A stretch of DNA of 50,279 nt, filler included, from Jimgerdemannia flammicorona (lineage: Eukaryota): the NCBI GenBank assembly GCA_003990765.1. It is 2 parts of 2 records of this genome, joined end to end, with 100 filler letters (N's around TTAATTAATTAA, not from the genome) between each part and the next. Parts side by side here need not be neighbours in the genome. Positions count along the whole stretch, not along the records: positions 25,197 to 50,279 come from RBNJ01000885.1; 1 more part is not named here. One strand, written 5' to 3'. Positions 37,148 through 50,279 of the stretch are shown piece by piece. The notes beneath the pieces are model-generated. The model did no database searches. It saw only the letters and a list, made by a program, of their open reading frames with translations, and had not been told where the DNA came from. Position 1 is the stretch's first letter; each line of letters opens with the position of its first letter. The position numbers and the translations under genes were made by a program.

Positions 37148-39839
37148 GATACTTCTTGAGTTGGTTTTGGTGAGTAGTAGTAGGGATGATTGTGCCTGAG
37201 AGTTTTCATAGCCAAAAGGTGGTCCTTTTTTATATCTTGCACTAGGTAAGGTCTCTCTCACTTAGGCTCCAGTTTTTATGACCATGAAGCTTCTACTATA
37301 TTCTGATATACCAGGACTTTGTCTTCTATCTTGATAATATCTAGAGGCTTGTGAACTTTTTCTGCATTATTCTGTTGTAGTGCCTGCACCTTGGTTATAT
37401 AATCTTCAGCCTTTTTCCTGATTTTGTATAGTCTCTGTATCTCTCCATCTATATGTTTCCATACAGTATCTCCATTAGATGATAGGGTGTCTTGAGAACC
37501 TTCTTCTCTAAATAGTATTTCCTGAGAGGTGAAATGAATACTTTGTGATCAAATATCCTGGAGAGCAGATAATGCTATTGGCAGATAGTGATCCCAGTTT
37601 TCATAGTTATCACAGATCTTGGTAATAATATTTTTGAGGGTCTTGTTGGTCCTTTCTGTCTGTCCATTTTCTTGAGGATAGTATGCTGTGGTCTGAATGT
37701 GCTGGATCTTATACTTTTTGTAGAGAACCTCAAAGAACTGGTTCACAAATTCTGTTTCTCTATCTGTGGTTACTTGTATTGGGGTCTTGAACTGGTAGAT
37801 AATTTCTCTGTAAAAGAAATCAGCAATTGACTATACATTGGCTTCCTTGAGGGGCCCTGCCTCTATCTATTTTATAAAAGGGTCTACAATGATGATGATA
37901 TATTGATTGCCAGGCAAAATCAAAGGTAGAGGATCAATTACATCCATTATAATGTGGGTAAATAGTATTGGTTCTATGTGTGCTGATCCTGGGGCTTGGT
38001 TTCATTGATCTTGTTTCTGCTTCTGGTATTTATCACAGGTCTTGACAAATTGTCTGATATCTTTCTCCATTCCTGGCCACCATATTGTTCTTCTTACTTT
38101 ATTATATGTACTTATTCCTCCCAGATAACCAAGTTCATATACTGATTTCATTGCTTGGTCCTTCTTGTATTCTGGTATAACTAGTGGTTTTCCTTTCTTC
38201 AATATTTCTCCATTGGTTTCGAATTGTTTCCATATTCTATTGATAATCATTTGTGTCCATTCTTCCAGATGTTGGAGCATCTTTCACTGTCCCAAATAGG
38301 TGATCATTCTATAGTAAAGCTCCTTATTCATAATTGGTTTATTGGTTGAGAGTCCTTTGGGATATCTGTGAGAGGGTATCTGCATTGGCATTGGTTCTTC
38401 CTGGGCAGTGTATGATGGTTTCATCATATGCTTGCAACTTCATGATCTATCTGGCATAGATTTCTTTGGGTTGTCCAGTAGTTAGTAGTCAGGTGAGAGC
38501 TGAGTGATCTGTCTGAATGGTGAAGTGTCTTCTGGTGAGATAGTAGTAGAACTTTTCTACAGTCCAAATTACTGCTAGATATTCCAACTTATAGGATTCA
38601 TATTCTTTTTGAGCTCCTTGAGTTCCTTGACTTAGGTATGTGATGACATACTCCACTTTATCTTTCTTTTGAGCTAGGACTACTCCTAGTCCTTGGGTGC
38701 TTACATCTGTCTGCAGGATAAATTCTTGAGTCCAATTGGGTCTTCTGAGAATAGGTGTCTGGATCAGTCTGACCTTGAGTTCTTTGAATGCTCTCTGTTA
38801 TCTACTAGTCCATTGGAACTTGATATCCTTCTTATTGAGTTCATAGATTGGGCCTGTGATGTTAGAAAATCCTCTGATGAATCGGCAGTAGTATGAGGTA
38901 AGTCCCATAAAGGCTTGGGCTTCAGTGACTGTGGTGGGCCTTGGGTATGCTGCTACTGCTTGAATCTTGAGGGGGTCTGTATATGTTCCATCTCAATTAA
39001 TAATATAGCCAAGATAGATAATCTCAATTTCTGCAAATTTGTACTTCTTGGGCTTGATGTAAAGACCATGCTGTCTCAACTTTTCCATCATCTGTTAGAT
39101 ATACTGCAGATGTTCTTTAGCTGTCTTGCTGTAGATAATAACATCATCCACATAAACCATCATCTATGTATCTATATCATAGCAGAAGATTTTGTTCATC
39201 ATTCACTGAAAGCTTGCAGGGGCATTGTACATTCTGAATAGCATTTACAGGTAGATATAGGTTCCATCTGGAGTGATGAAGGCTGATTTCTCACTTGCTG
39301 TTTCTGTGAGTCCGATTTGGTAGAATCCTGAGTATAGATCCAAGGTGCTGTAGTACTGTGCTTCATCTCCCAGAGTTATAAGGATGTCATTGATGAGGGG
39401 CAGTAGTTGGCAATCCTTCTTAGTGACTATATTGAGCTTTCTGTAATCAACACAGAGTCTTGGTGTGAATTCTCCAGACTTGCTTCCTTTCTTTGGAGCT
39501 AGTACAACCAGTGAAGACCAGGGGCTACTGGCTTCCTTAATGATACTAGCTTCTTCCATCTGTTTGATTTCTTCTCTAAGCCATTCTCAGTAGACTGGTG
39601 GGACAGGTCTTGCCTTCTGGTAAATTGGTTTGATATCTCCAGTATCTACATCATGATAGTAGTGTGAAGTCTTTCCTTTAATATTCTTGAAGTCTGTGGC
39701 AAGGACATCCTCAAATTTGTAGAATATTTTCTTGAGCTCTATCATGAGTGGAAATTTCTTTCCAATAGTATAGCTGTGCTTGTTTGTAGTTTCCTCCTTC
39801 TTGTGTTTCAGCTTGGTGATCTTTGTATTAGCAAATACT

Positions 39840-40260
39840 CCTCTTTCTGTAGATCTGAATCCTTTCCTTCCTCTTTCTGTTTCCTCCAACTTCTTGACTT
39901 CCATGATTCTTGGCTGAAGGACTGGGAAGATCAATGTTGATACTAGTCAGTCCTTCTTCTTGATCAGAAATGGAATTATAGGATTGTGGTTTCTAGCAAT
40001 AAGTAGTATTTCTCTAGTATAATCGGAATCAATGACTCCTCCTTCAATTGTGATTTCACTTCTAGTCAGGCTGCTTCTTGTCTTAAGGATTCTGATATGG
40101 TCTTTTGAAATGGTCATCTCCAGACCAGTTGTAAGTAGAGTGGTTGTCTGGGGTTCCAGTACAGTTTCTTCCACTGTGGTGATATCCATTTCAGCTGTAT
40201 TTACTGACTTGTATTCTGGTAAGACTACATCAGGATGAATCTTCTGAATCTTGATCTTGA
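39840..40260 (-). pseudogene. dut: dUTPase domain of family C (between PR and RT)
   Basis: KIHPDVVLPEYKS..AEMDI, KTRSSL, GGVIDSDYTRE, TERGRKGFRST. Confidence 0.92.
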
Positions 40261-43200
40261 TTTCTTCTTCATCATCACTGTCTTTGAGGAGAGCTGGTGG
40301 TTTATCATTCTCTTCCTCCTCTTCTTTCATTCTCTTTTCTTCTCTTACCTGTTTCTCAAGAGTCTTCTCTCTTCTTTGGTGGTAGATTTTCTTGATTTTA
40401 CTGGTATACTGGTAACACTCATTGATGTGCTCCATGCAGTACATTCGGATCTCATGGGGGCAGACTCCTTTTGGTGCATTTCCTTCTATAATCTTCTTGC
40501 ACCAGTCCTCTTTGCTCATCTATCTGATTTTCTTCTTCTTTTTCTGGATTGTTACCATGTAGGCTTCCTCTTGTTCACTCTCTTCTTCCTCTATCTCAGG
40601 CAGGACTCCTTTGTTAACATTGATCAGAATTCACATCTTCTGTCTATGGTAGATGATCTGCATCTTCTGGGCATTTAGATTAATTATTGCCTTGGCTTTA
40701 TGAAGCTATTGATTGCTGATAAGGATGTTGTAGTTGGTTGCATTGATCATGATTACATCTATTGGAATGGTTGCTCCTCCAAACTTGATGGAAATATCTT
40801 GAATCTTTCCCAGAGGTGTGGCTCTTGTGCCATCTGCTGTGACAAATATCAATTTGGTTGCTTCTTTAACTTCTCAATCTAGGTGGTCTGCTGCTTTCTT
40901 ACTGAGGAGATACTCTCCTGCTTCTGTATCAATAATAGCCTCAAATACTCTATCCTCAATTTGATAGGTTGTATAGGCAGTTGTCTTTGCTTTCTTCTCC
41001 TGAGTCTTCTTGAACATTGTTGGCCTCAGTTATCTTCCAACCTTACTCCTTAGTTATCTTGGCAAGTCCATATCTCATTTGCTGTCTGAATGTAAGTATT
41101 TCTACCAACTGGCCAAAGGTGGTATTGACCTTTTATTGACTGAGATCCTTGAAGATATCATACTTGAAGGTCTTCATTTTGTGAAGCTTCTTCTCCTTTT
41201 CTCCTTCACTAGCTAGAGTGGTTCCTTGAATGATATCTTGAACAGTCTGTTCTAGTTCCATATCTTGGTCTATTTCTCTACCTTGACTTTCTATTGTCAT
41301 TTCTATCTGCTTTTCCACAGAGTTCTTCTTGGATCACTCTGGTGGTCTCTTATAGGGTGCTTTGCAGACATCCTTCTTGATGGTCTGCACAGAATAGGCC
41401 TCTCATTCCTTTTCATCTGATTCTTCAATCTCTTTGAAGGTGATGATGTTGGTCTGTTCCTTGTTTTGAGTTGCATTGCTTGGCTATGCCTTGTACTTGG
41501 TTTCACTCATGCATTTATATGAGTAGTGGCCTTCTTCTCCATAAGTATAGCAGGTATCTCTCTTCTTGTCTGAGGTGGCAGCAAATTTCTGAACTGATCA
41601 GCAGTCCCTTCTTTTAATTTCCTTTACCATATCTCCTAGGTGAGCTATTATTTCAGTGAACCTCTTGGCAAGTTCTTCCATGGAGTCACTATTTCTCTAT
41701 TACTTGGTAGCTCTTGGTTGAGATGTGTTTTGATTGATTACTGTGGTAGGGATCATACTAGTTGTCTTGGGTCTTTGATTCTGACTCCAGTAACTCTCTC
41801 TATTATAGAGTCTTATAGGTGTCTGGCTATTCATTATCACTGAGCATAGGTGACCTTCTGTATCAGATCCAGGACTATTGGTGATGAGTGAATGACCAGG
41901 GCTATCTCTGAGTGGATTTATTTTATAAAGGTTACTTTGGCTACTTGATCTCTGATGGTGGCAGCATAATCTACAAGAATTATCTAATATCAGATTCTGG
42001 TGTAGAATGTGTTTGGATCCTCACTCATTCCTTAGTATGTTGTATTGAGCTGATCCTTCAGTACCTACTTGATCTCATCTGTGTAGTATGTGGCTTAGAG
42101 CCAGGTCTTCTGTGCTGCTAGTATAGCATTATCATCATTTCCTACATGGATTGCAGCTGTAAATGCTGCTCTCACAGACTGAAGAGTATGAGAGTTACTT
42201 GCTGTCTTGCTATCAGACCCCTTACAGCAGCATATTGCTCAAAATCATCAATAAAGGTGATGATTGATTTATCTGAAGTATAACTGTAGAATACTGGTGG
42301 TCTCATATCTATCTTGTCTAGATGTCTTAGTTGTATAGTTGTTTGGGTGATGGTGGTTGTTCGTTATTTAGCTTGAAAGTGGGGGATTTATCTTGAATCA
42401 CTAGCCAATGGACACTAAGTTATAACATAGTAGATACTTAATCTTGGGAGTATGTCAGATTTCAGTATCTTGAAAACTTAATCTTTTTTGACTCTGCAGA
42501 GTCCTCAGGATATAGGGGTGGGTGAGTTTGAAGTATATCTGTCTGCAGGCTTACTAGTTCCTTTGCTTTTTCTTTACTTTGAACTATTTTGATCTGAGGT
42601 TTATTCACTCTAAGATACTAAGTTATTTATACAGATTTGCTAGCTATAAGGTAGCTAAGTTATGACTAAGTTATGAGTCACTTTTTACAGATGTTAATCC
42701 TTGACATCTGTGAAATGGTTGATATTTGTGAAAACTTTAATATTTATGAAATAACTGCTATTTATAAAACTATACTATATTGGAAATTAGGTTCAGATAC
42801 TATGATCAAATGTCTAATTTCCCTGATTCTTGTTCCTAATTTGGATCAACTGTCACAATGTTATTAGACTCCTATCAGTTATATCAAGAAGAAATAAATA
42901 TATTCTAGTATTTGTAGAACATCTGACCAAATGACCCAAGGCTTTTCTAATGAAAATTATCAATATCTTGACTATTGTTATTTTCTTCCATAGGCTCATA
43001 CTCAGATATGGACCTCCTGAAGAACTTATTTCTGATCAAGACACAGAATTCATCAATAATATAATTATAAGTTATATCTAAATTTATAAGATTCAACTTA
43101 AATAGACTATATCATACTACTCTCAAATCAATAGTATGACTGAATAAATGAACCAGATTATTAAGAAAGAAAATACCCAAGTCAATTCTACTAACTGAGA

Positions 43201-43626
43201 TCTCTGCTTATCTGAGATCCTATGGAAAATTTGAAACATCTCTGCTACCTCTACTAAATAAAAGCTATTTAAGATGATATTTCCCAAAAATACCAGAATT
43301 ACTAATTATGAGAATCTCAGAGACCTCCTCAAAAAGATAGAACAATTATATCATCAGATCTGAGCTCAGATAATTTAGGCCCAAGAAAGACAAAAGAAGG
43401 ACTATAATCAGAAATAAAAAGATCAGAAGATCAAGATTAAAGTTCAAGTACTAGTCTGGAGAAGTATGATTGAAAAAATTTTTGTCATCAAACTGGAGTC
43501 TAAATAAAAAGGACCTTATCTTATACATAATATCAGAGAAACTAGTATCTATTAAGAAGTATGATAGATAAACATTGAGAACATCAGTATATATCAATCA
43601 TCTCAAGATATATATCTCTCTATACT

Positions 43627-44127
43627 ATGAACCAGAAGATTGATCAGTATCTCCAGACCCTCATCCTCAGCTCCTTTTAAGCCCTGCTTATTCCCTTATC
43701 TCAGTTCTGCTCACTTGAAGGAACCCCAATATAATTGATCTAAAAGTACTAAGAAAACCTTGCCATTATCTAGAGATTGCTACAAATCTACTACCTATAG
43801 GTCTTTTACAATATTGGACAACTATTGTGAGAACTATACATAGAAAGACCAGCTACTATAGCTCACCAGAAAGTCCAAACCACAAAAAGACTCTATACTT
43901 TATATAAATAAAATAGAGGAGCCCTGTTATAAGCTCACTTTTACCTAACTGATATTTACCAGATGAATGAGATGACCTTCCAGAGCTCTCTCCAATAAGT
44001 AGATATTCTATTCTATGAAGAACTGGAGAAGGATCCAGAATTAGAATAGAGTAACCCTGACTTTAATAAAGATGACAATACTGATATTGATGCCAAAGAT
44101 ACCTATACCTATTGGAATAATAACTAA
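43627..44127 (+). pseudogene. Accessory ORF of family B between integrase and PPT
   Basis: MNQKIDQY...FYNIGQLL*...TKRLYTLYK*NRGAL...acidic tail. Stops are revertible C->T. Confidence 0.65.
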
Positions 44128-44272
44128 AGGATAGTCTGAGGGCAGACCATCCTTTAGTGAGGGCTGATGTAATGTACAAAATAGTATAGTATACCCAGAT
44201 GACATAAATATCATAGTTACCCTATTGCTACAAAATTATATAAATAACCAGATAGCCAGAAAAGAAAACAGA

Positions 44273-44416
44273 CAGCTAATGTCTACTAGATAGTAAATGT
44301 CCACAGGACAGTAAATGTCCACTGTACAGTAGATGTCCACTGAACAGTAAATGTTCACTATATAGTAAATGTCTAATGCACAGTAGATGTCTACTGAACA
44401 GTCAATGTCTGCTTCC
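44273..44416 (+). repeat. 18-bp tandem repeat (cagtaaatgtccactgta, ~8 units) in B2 3' LTR
   Basis: Directly visible. About 5 units at the equivalent site in the 5' LTR (28830-28919). Confidence 0.9.
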
Positions 44417-44547
44417 AATTAGAAAATCTATAGTTCACCACATAGCAACCAGATAGCTACCAACCTATATAAAATACCCCAGAGACAAGAGTGAATAAAC
44501 CTCAGTCCCAAAAGTCAAAGAAAGCAGAGAGCTTCCTTTTCCATTGC

Positions 44548-47500
44548 TTTCACTGATAACATTCAGATGATACAAGATTCAGACAATACTTTTTGCAATA
44601 TTTTTAGTATAAGAAGACTATTGACACAGCAAGCAACAATCATACTGGTGAGCATGTAAGCCAGAGAGGCAGTAGTGCCTTTGACTGGCAGTATGTAGAG
44701 AGGAGGAGAGATGGTTTGGGGATACCAGGGCCCTCTATGGCTGGCTGCAGCACTAGTGGTAGAGGGAGTGGCAGATTGAGGTAATGAGGAGGGGAGAGAA
44801 TGACCTTTGCTAATAAGGTCAAAATGGGGAGAATGGTATCTGGACTAGATAGTTAATTGGGACTAGGGAAGGCATTGACAGCTTCAGTTGGAGACCAGAG
44901 AGGGGCCCCCATAGGAGGGTCAGACAGTAGAGAGAGGGGGGGAGTAGGGGCTGGAGATGTGATGGCTGATGGAGCTGTGACTGGAGATCTGGAAAAAAAT
45001 CCAGATATGATGGTGGTTGGTAGATCAGGTCAGGGGGAGGGCATGAGGCCCAGGGATCTGGCAGATAGCATGATGGGCATAGTGTCAGCACTATTACTCA
45101 AAAAGTTGAGATTGGAATTCACCATCACATTGTGCTTCCAAGACTTGGCAGTAACTGCAAGGATGATTTTGGGGCTGGTAGTGCAGGAGGTAAAGGGGGT
45201 GGCTTTGGTGAAGTTTTTGAAGAGGAAAGAAGAAGTTGAGGTGGGATTTGAGGAAGAGGCATAATTATTGGAGACTGTGAAGAAGGGGGTAGTGGTGGGC
45301 AGAGTGGTAGTTCCTATGGCCCAGTGTATGTACTGGAAACCTCAAGTGGTACAGTTGATAGTATTGGATCTTCCTATGGTGTCAAGGGAGAGGGCCAGAG
45401 AACTGATTGTAGAGGTGGTCAAGGAGTATGGGGAGATCATAGACATCAGGTTCTAAGTCTAGAAGGGTACTGAACTCAGAATGGGTGATGTTGATATCAG
45501 AGTATAGCTGGCTGGAAGAGAGAATACAGGGAAGACCAGGGACTGGCCTGCTACTCTTAAGTGGGGCCCAGTGGAGTACAAGGTTTTGAGGGTGAAGGGG
45601 ATGCTTGAGGAAGAGGAGGACTTACTGAAGGCTCTGGAGAAACTGGCAGAAGTGGTTGAGAAGAGGAGACTGGCTCAGGAGGAGTATGAGGCCATGACAG
45701 TGGTGGAGATTGTTGATGGAAAAAGGATCAGAATGGACAAGAGGACCTGGAAGAAGATGCAGGGGAGGCGAATCCAGAAGGAGTTACTGGCAAAGATAGG
45801 AGGGGGTGTGGCAGACAGTAGGGCTGGAGAAGGTGGTGCTGGACTGAGGGAGAGCATCTGGGCTGGGGAGCACAGGATGGCTCCAGAGGTGGCCCCAGAT
45901 AGATTGAATGAGGAGGGTCTAGGCAGCATAGTAGAGGATGCCAAAATGAGAGAAGAGGGTCACCCTCTATATGGTGTCCTGAGTGGGGCAGGAGGGGAGG
46001 AGGATTTGCTGGATATACTGGAGGAGGAGTGGGATGAGTCAGGAAGAAGGAGTGCTCTGGTGGACCCTGTGGTGGGAGTCAAGGAAGTTGCCCAGGGTGT
46101 CACTGAGGCAGTGGATGAAGAGAAGTGGCTGTGGAAGACTCTAGAGGGGGTAGCAGCTGAGGAGCTTGGGGGAGAGGACTTCCAGATACTAAGTAATCAG
46201 CACTGGGAGGAAATTCTTCATGGGGAGGAAGTGCTGAGAAAGATTAGAAATGAAATCCTGGCAGTGCTATTGGAGTCAGAGAAATATCAAGTTGATGATC
46301 AGAGAGAGGAGGTCCTTCAGGAGATTGTAAATAACCAGACAGCATTCTTATGGGGCTCAAGAAAGGGGTTGGAGAAGTGGAGAGTGGTGTATACAGATTA
46401 TTGGGCAGAAATGGAGGTTGTGGATAGGGTGGAGTGTTAGGAAATCTTGGAAGTACTGGATGATCAGACTATAGCAGAGAGTGACTTGGAGGCAGAGTGG
46501 TATTTAGATCTGGCTGGAGATAGGATAAGCATGGAATTCTAGACAGAGCTCTCAAATATCAAACATTTTTTCAATATAAACAGTACAACTAGAATCTTTT
46601 CTTTGAATATGAATGGGTTGAGGGGAGCAGTATGATGAAGGAATATCTTTAGCTTGCTGAGAGGACTAGATGCAGATCTCTTCTTACTACAGAATGTATG
46701 GTATGAGGTGGACATAGACTTACTGAACTAGACTTGTGAATGGGGTGGGGCAGCTGTATAGACTAGAAGGGTGGGTATTCTGGTTCAAAAGGGGATGGGG
46801 AACATTGGGGATATTGGATTTTGGGAGAGTAGGTTGGTGTGGGGAGTATAGAAGAGGCCTTAGTGGAACCCTTTGACTATTGGGTCGTGTTATTGCCCAG
46901 CTGAGAGGGGGGAATGCATTGATTGGATTAGAGGCCTGAGGGAGGCTGGTGTCATAGATGAAGCCAGGATTGATTGCCTGGGGGGGGATTTCAATATAGT
47001 ATGAGATAATGGGATGGACAGAACTGATGGTGGGAGAGGAATGAGAGGCAGAAGTGGTGGGTTTGATGATTGGATAGAGATTGAGAGATTGAGCTCATTG
47101 GTTGACTCAGGGTGACAGTTCTGGGTGGATTGCCAAATTTATACCCACTAGGTGGCAGGGCTGGACTCCAGGATTGACTGGGTGTTGATGGTGGAGTACT
47201 GGGAAGTAGATGTCTGGAATGTGCTAGAGGTGGTTTGGTGCCCATGATCAGATCACTGGGGTCTGATTGAGGGTGGGAGATTTGAGAGAAGTGGGGATGG
47301 GCCAGAACATTGGCAGCTAAATTCTTCTTTACTGGAGGATGGTTACTTATGGACAGACTGGGAGGTGGAAGTTATTGAGAAGATTAGTAGATGGCAGGAG
47401 CAGGGATTAGTGATTGGGGATCACTAGTGGTAGCTGAAATCAAGTACTCAGAGGTACTGGAGGGAGGCAGGGAAAGAAAGGAGTGCTCAGAGGCAGTGGT

Positions 47501-50279
47501 GAGTACAATAGGCTTCACAGAGATTGGTGGCACTTCTGGGGAGATGGCAGGGTTGCTGGAGGATTGGGGGGCAGTAGATTGAAGAATTCAGCAGATATAA
47601 AAGAAAGTTGATGAGTTAAAGAAAGTGCTATGAATGGAGGAAGAGGTTCAGTTGAAGGGGATGGTAGTGAGGCTGTGGTGGCAGGGGTTGGAGGAGGGGG
47701 AGAGGCCCACCAGATTTCTTTCATGGTTGCTTCAGGCTTGAAGAACCAGACAGCAGTGGGAGGGGATTCTGGATGAGGATGGGGTAATAGTGGCAGAGAT
47801 TCCTAAGATTCTGGGACTGCTGAAGACTCACTGGGGAAATTTATGGAGTGAGGAAGTAGGGGGGGAGGATGCCCTGAACATTGAATGGCAGTTGGAGGAT
47901 TGGCATCTGGATCCAGCTCTGGGCCTGGGGATACTGGGAGATCCAGTGAGGGGGGAGGAAGTATGTAAGGTCTTGGCTTCAACAAGCAAAGGGACTGCTC
48001 CAGGAGAGAATGGGCTTCCTTGGAATTTTTGGAAGAAGATGGCCAAGGTGGAAGTAGTATTGGAGGAGATGACAGTAATGAATGATAAAGTCCTTCAATC
48101 TGGATTGTAGATTGGGGGCCAGCACCTAGGGCTGGTCTCTTTGCTCTATAAGGATAAGGGGAGAAGAGAAGATTGGAAGAACAGGTGACCAATCATGCTC
48201 CTTGATATAGCCCACAAGCTGGTGACAAAGATCTTAGTGACTAGACTGCAGGGGAGTGCTCAGTAGGTACTAGGAGTGGAACAGAGGGGATTTGTTAGTG
48301 GATGGTTGATCCAAGATGGAACTACCTGAGTCCATGGAGTGATTGAAGGAGCTTGGGCAGCTGGGGTTGATGGCCAGTTAGTGTTTCTGGATCAGGAGAA
48401 GGTATATGACAGAGTGAGAAGGGTCTGGCTAGAGGGGGTGCTGAAACAAGTGGGAGTTCCCCCAGAGATCAGAAGGTCATTAATCAGTCTATTGGAGAAC
48501 AGTCAAGCAGCATTGATGGTGAATGGGCACAGAGGTGTGACTTTCCCACTAGGCCATGGAGTACTACAAGGAGATCCTTTGTTACCCATCTTATATGCTC
48601 TTTCCTTAGAACCCCTATTGGATAGAATCAGGCATCAAATTGGGGGTTTGGACATTCTGGGAATTAATGGGAAAGTGGGGGCCTTTGCAGATGATATGGT
48701 GGTTGGACTGGGTTTATTGGAGGATGTGGAGGAGTTAAGAAGGTCTGTTGAATGGTATGAGAGGGGCTCAGGTGTCAAACTCAACTAGTACAAATGTGAG
48801 ACTCTGGTGCTAGGCAGTGGAATAGTTGGAGGCAATGTGATTGGAACAGTGGTACCAGCAAGAGAACTAGTCTGGTATTTGGGAATCTACTTTTCAGTAT
48901 AAGGGTCTCTCCTGCCCCATACATGGTGGGAACAGCAGCTTCTATTATGGAGAAATATGCTCTTGAGGTGGGGTGGTCAGCATATATCCTTGGCAGGAAG
49001 GGTGATGGTGCTGAATGTGTACTGGCTGTCAAAGCTGTGATATGTAGGGTATTATCTGGACTTTCTGACATAGGTGGTCAGATGACTTCTGAAGATGACA
49101 AGATTATGGATCTGGACTGGGCAGTAAAGTCATTGGATGGGAGGTTCTTACTCTATCTGTTGACAGAGGTGGGCTAGGCTTGGTGGACTTTACCAAATGC
49201 CTTCACTGCCTAAGAGTATGGTAGCTGAAGAGGGCAAGTGAGTTGAGGGGCCAGGAGTGGGTACCACCCATACAGAGAGTGTAGGAAGTCCAGTATTTCC
49301 CTTGCAGAGCAACTGGTGACCTGCTTGCAATGGTGGCCCAGGATGGGAGCAGGAGGATATGGTATAAAGGCTTTTGGTGGGAGGTGGTGGATGGTGCAAG
49401 GAGAATTGAACTTTGGTGGCAGGGTGATGAGGGGGAGGAGGACTGGAGCCCACAAATGTAGAGATAGGACAGGCTATTGCTGGGAGGTACATTGGTGGAG
49501 GATTTCCAGCTTGGCAATGGAATGGATTATATGTAGAGCCTTGGGGAAGACCTATGGTCCATAGCATGGCAGAGGGTGGGGATTGGCAAGGAGTGGGACT
49601 GAAATGGTCTTTGGCCTTGGAGCAAGCAGGTGATGCAGTGGCTTCCCCCCAAGTTCTGGATGATATGGTGGAGGTTTCTGAGGTAGAATATGATGCTGAA
49701 CTATTGGTCTGGGCACTTGGTGGTGGATGGCACATTTGAGTATGAGGAATGTATAGATGTTGGCCAGGAGGGGGGAGTGGTACCAATGTCTGAACATTGG
49801 CTTAGTAAGTGTGAAGTCCTGGGGGAGTTTTGGCACCACATTGCAAACTAGTTAGGACTGTGGATGCTGGTGGGGGGGGAAGGGGGGAGATGGGGGAACC
49901 TCCACTGAAGGCTAGTGGGTGGGGTTGGGGATGAATGATTGACCTTGGGCTGGGTTCTGGCAATTTGAATTGGGCTGGCTGGGCATTGGTTGCATGTATT
50001 CAAGGAGGGCCAGCAGGTTGAGGTTGGGGCTAAGGTGGCACAATGGGAATGGTTAATACTTGAATAGTTGGTGGAGAGGGTGGAGACCAGGTGGGGGGGG
50101 CCAATGGAGTTTGGTGAATTGTATTTGCTGGAAAAGTGGAGGGAGGGTTCAGGTGGCGGGTGGCTGGGTTATCCTCCAGGAGGGTGGAGAAGGGGATCCA
50201 AGGGGTATTGGGTGAGGGGTGGGGGTGGAATTGTATTATTATTTATAGATTGAGGTAATAAAGGAAAGTCCAAGTGACT
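44548..50279 (+). mobile_element. L1/Tx1-like LINE copy 3 (full length up to the poly-A; inserted in B2 3' LTR)
   Basis: ORF1 ~44640-46550. ORF2 from ~46576 with GGDFN, RIDWV, SDH, FLDQEKVYDRV, GVLQGDPL, AFADD. 3' end matches 9345-9400. Confidence 0.95.

Larger units (their letters stand above)
36205..42857 (-). mobile_element. Complete Ty3/Gypsy family C inserted in B2 integrase
   Basis: LTRs 36205-36644 and 42421-42857, PPT at 36645-36656, likely 4-bp TSD atat/atgt. gag knuckle CYTYGEEGHYSYKC, PR IIDTEAG, dUTPase, RT (RLCVDYRKLN, VYVDDV), RNase H, IN (AYYPQENGQTER). Confidence 0.95.
28722..44547 (+). mobile_element. Ty3/Gypsy family B copy 2, near complete but decayed; hosts a MITE, element C and LINE copy 3
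   Basis: LTR pair 28722-29045+ and 44168-44547. gag ~30640-31600, PR ~32190, dUTPase ~33700-34105, RT ~34620-35260 (SPWAS, RLCVDYRKLN), RNase H ~35500-35900, IN split at 36204/42858. Confidence 0.9.

Overview
This is eukaryotic, probably fungal (inference), heterochromatin-like DNA. It consists almost entirely of nested, C->T-decayed transposable elements, and I found no host gene. LTR retrotransposons: (A) a minus-strand Ty3/Gypsy 5' half with gag-dUTPase-PR-RT; (B) two copies of an older plus-strand Ty3/Gypsy with PR-Cys-rich insert-dUTPase-RT-RH-IN-extra ORF; (C) a complete minus-strand Ty3/Gypsy with dUTPase, nested in B's integrase; (D) three 3'-end fragments of another family; (E) a 1.5-kb probable solo LTR carrying an ORF; and a young Ty1/Copia 5' end. 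Other elements: three L1/Tx1-like LINE copies plus a 65-bp LINE tail insertion, a Penelope-like element with terminal direct repeats, an intron-containing hAT transposase with a matching MITE, and an artificial N-gap linker. Main observations: four otherwise dissimilar LTR families (B, C, D, E) carry an apparently homologous 3' accessory ORF that I do not recognise (Y-x-[IL]-G-x-L[LI] ... [AT]K[KRQ][ILV]xx[IL][FY]), in one case inside the LTR itself; and three Gypsy families carry dUTPase in two different polyprotein positions.
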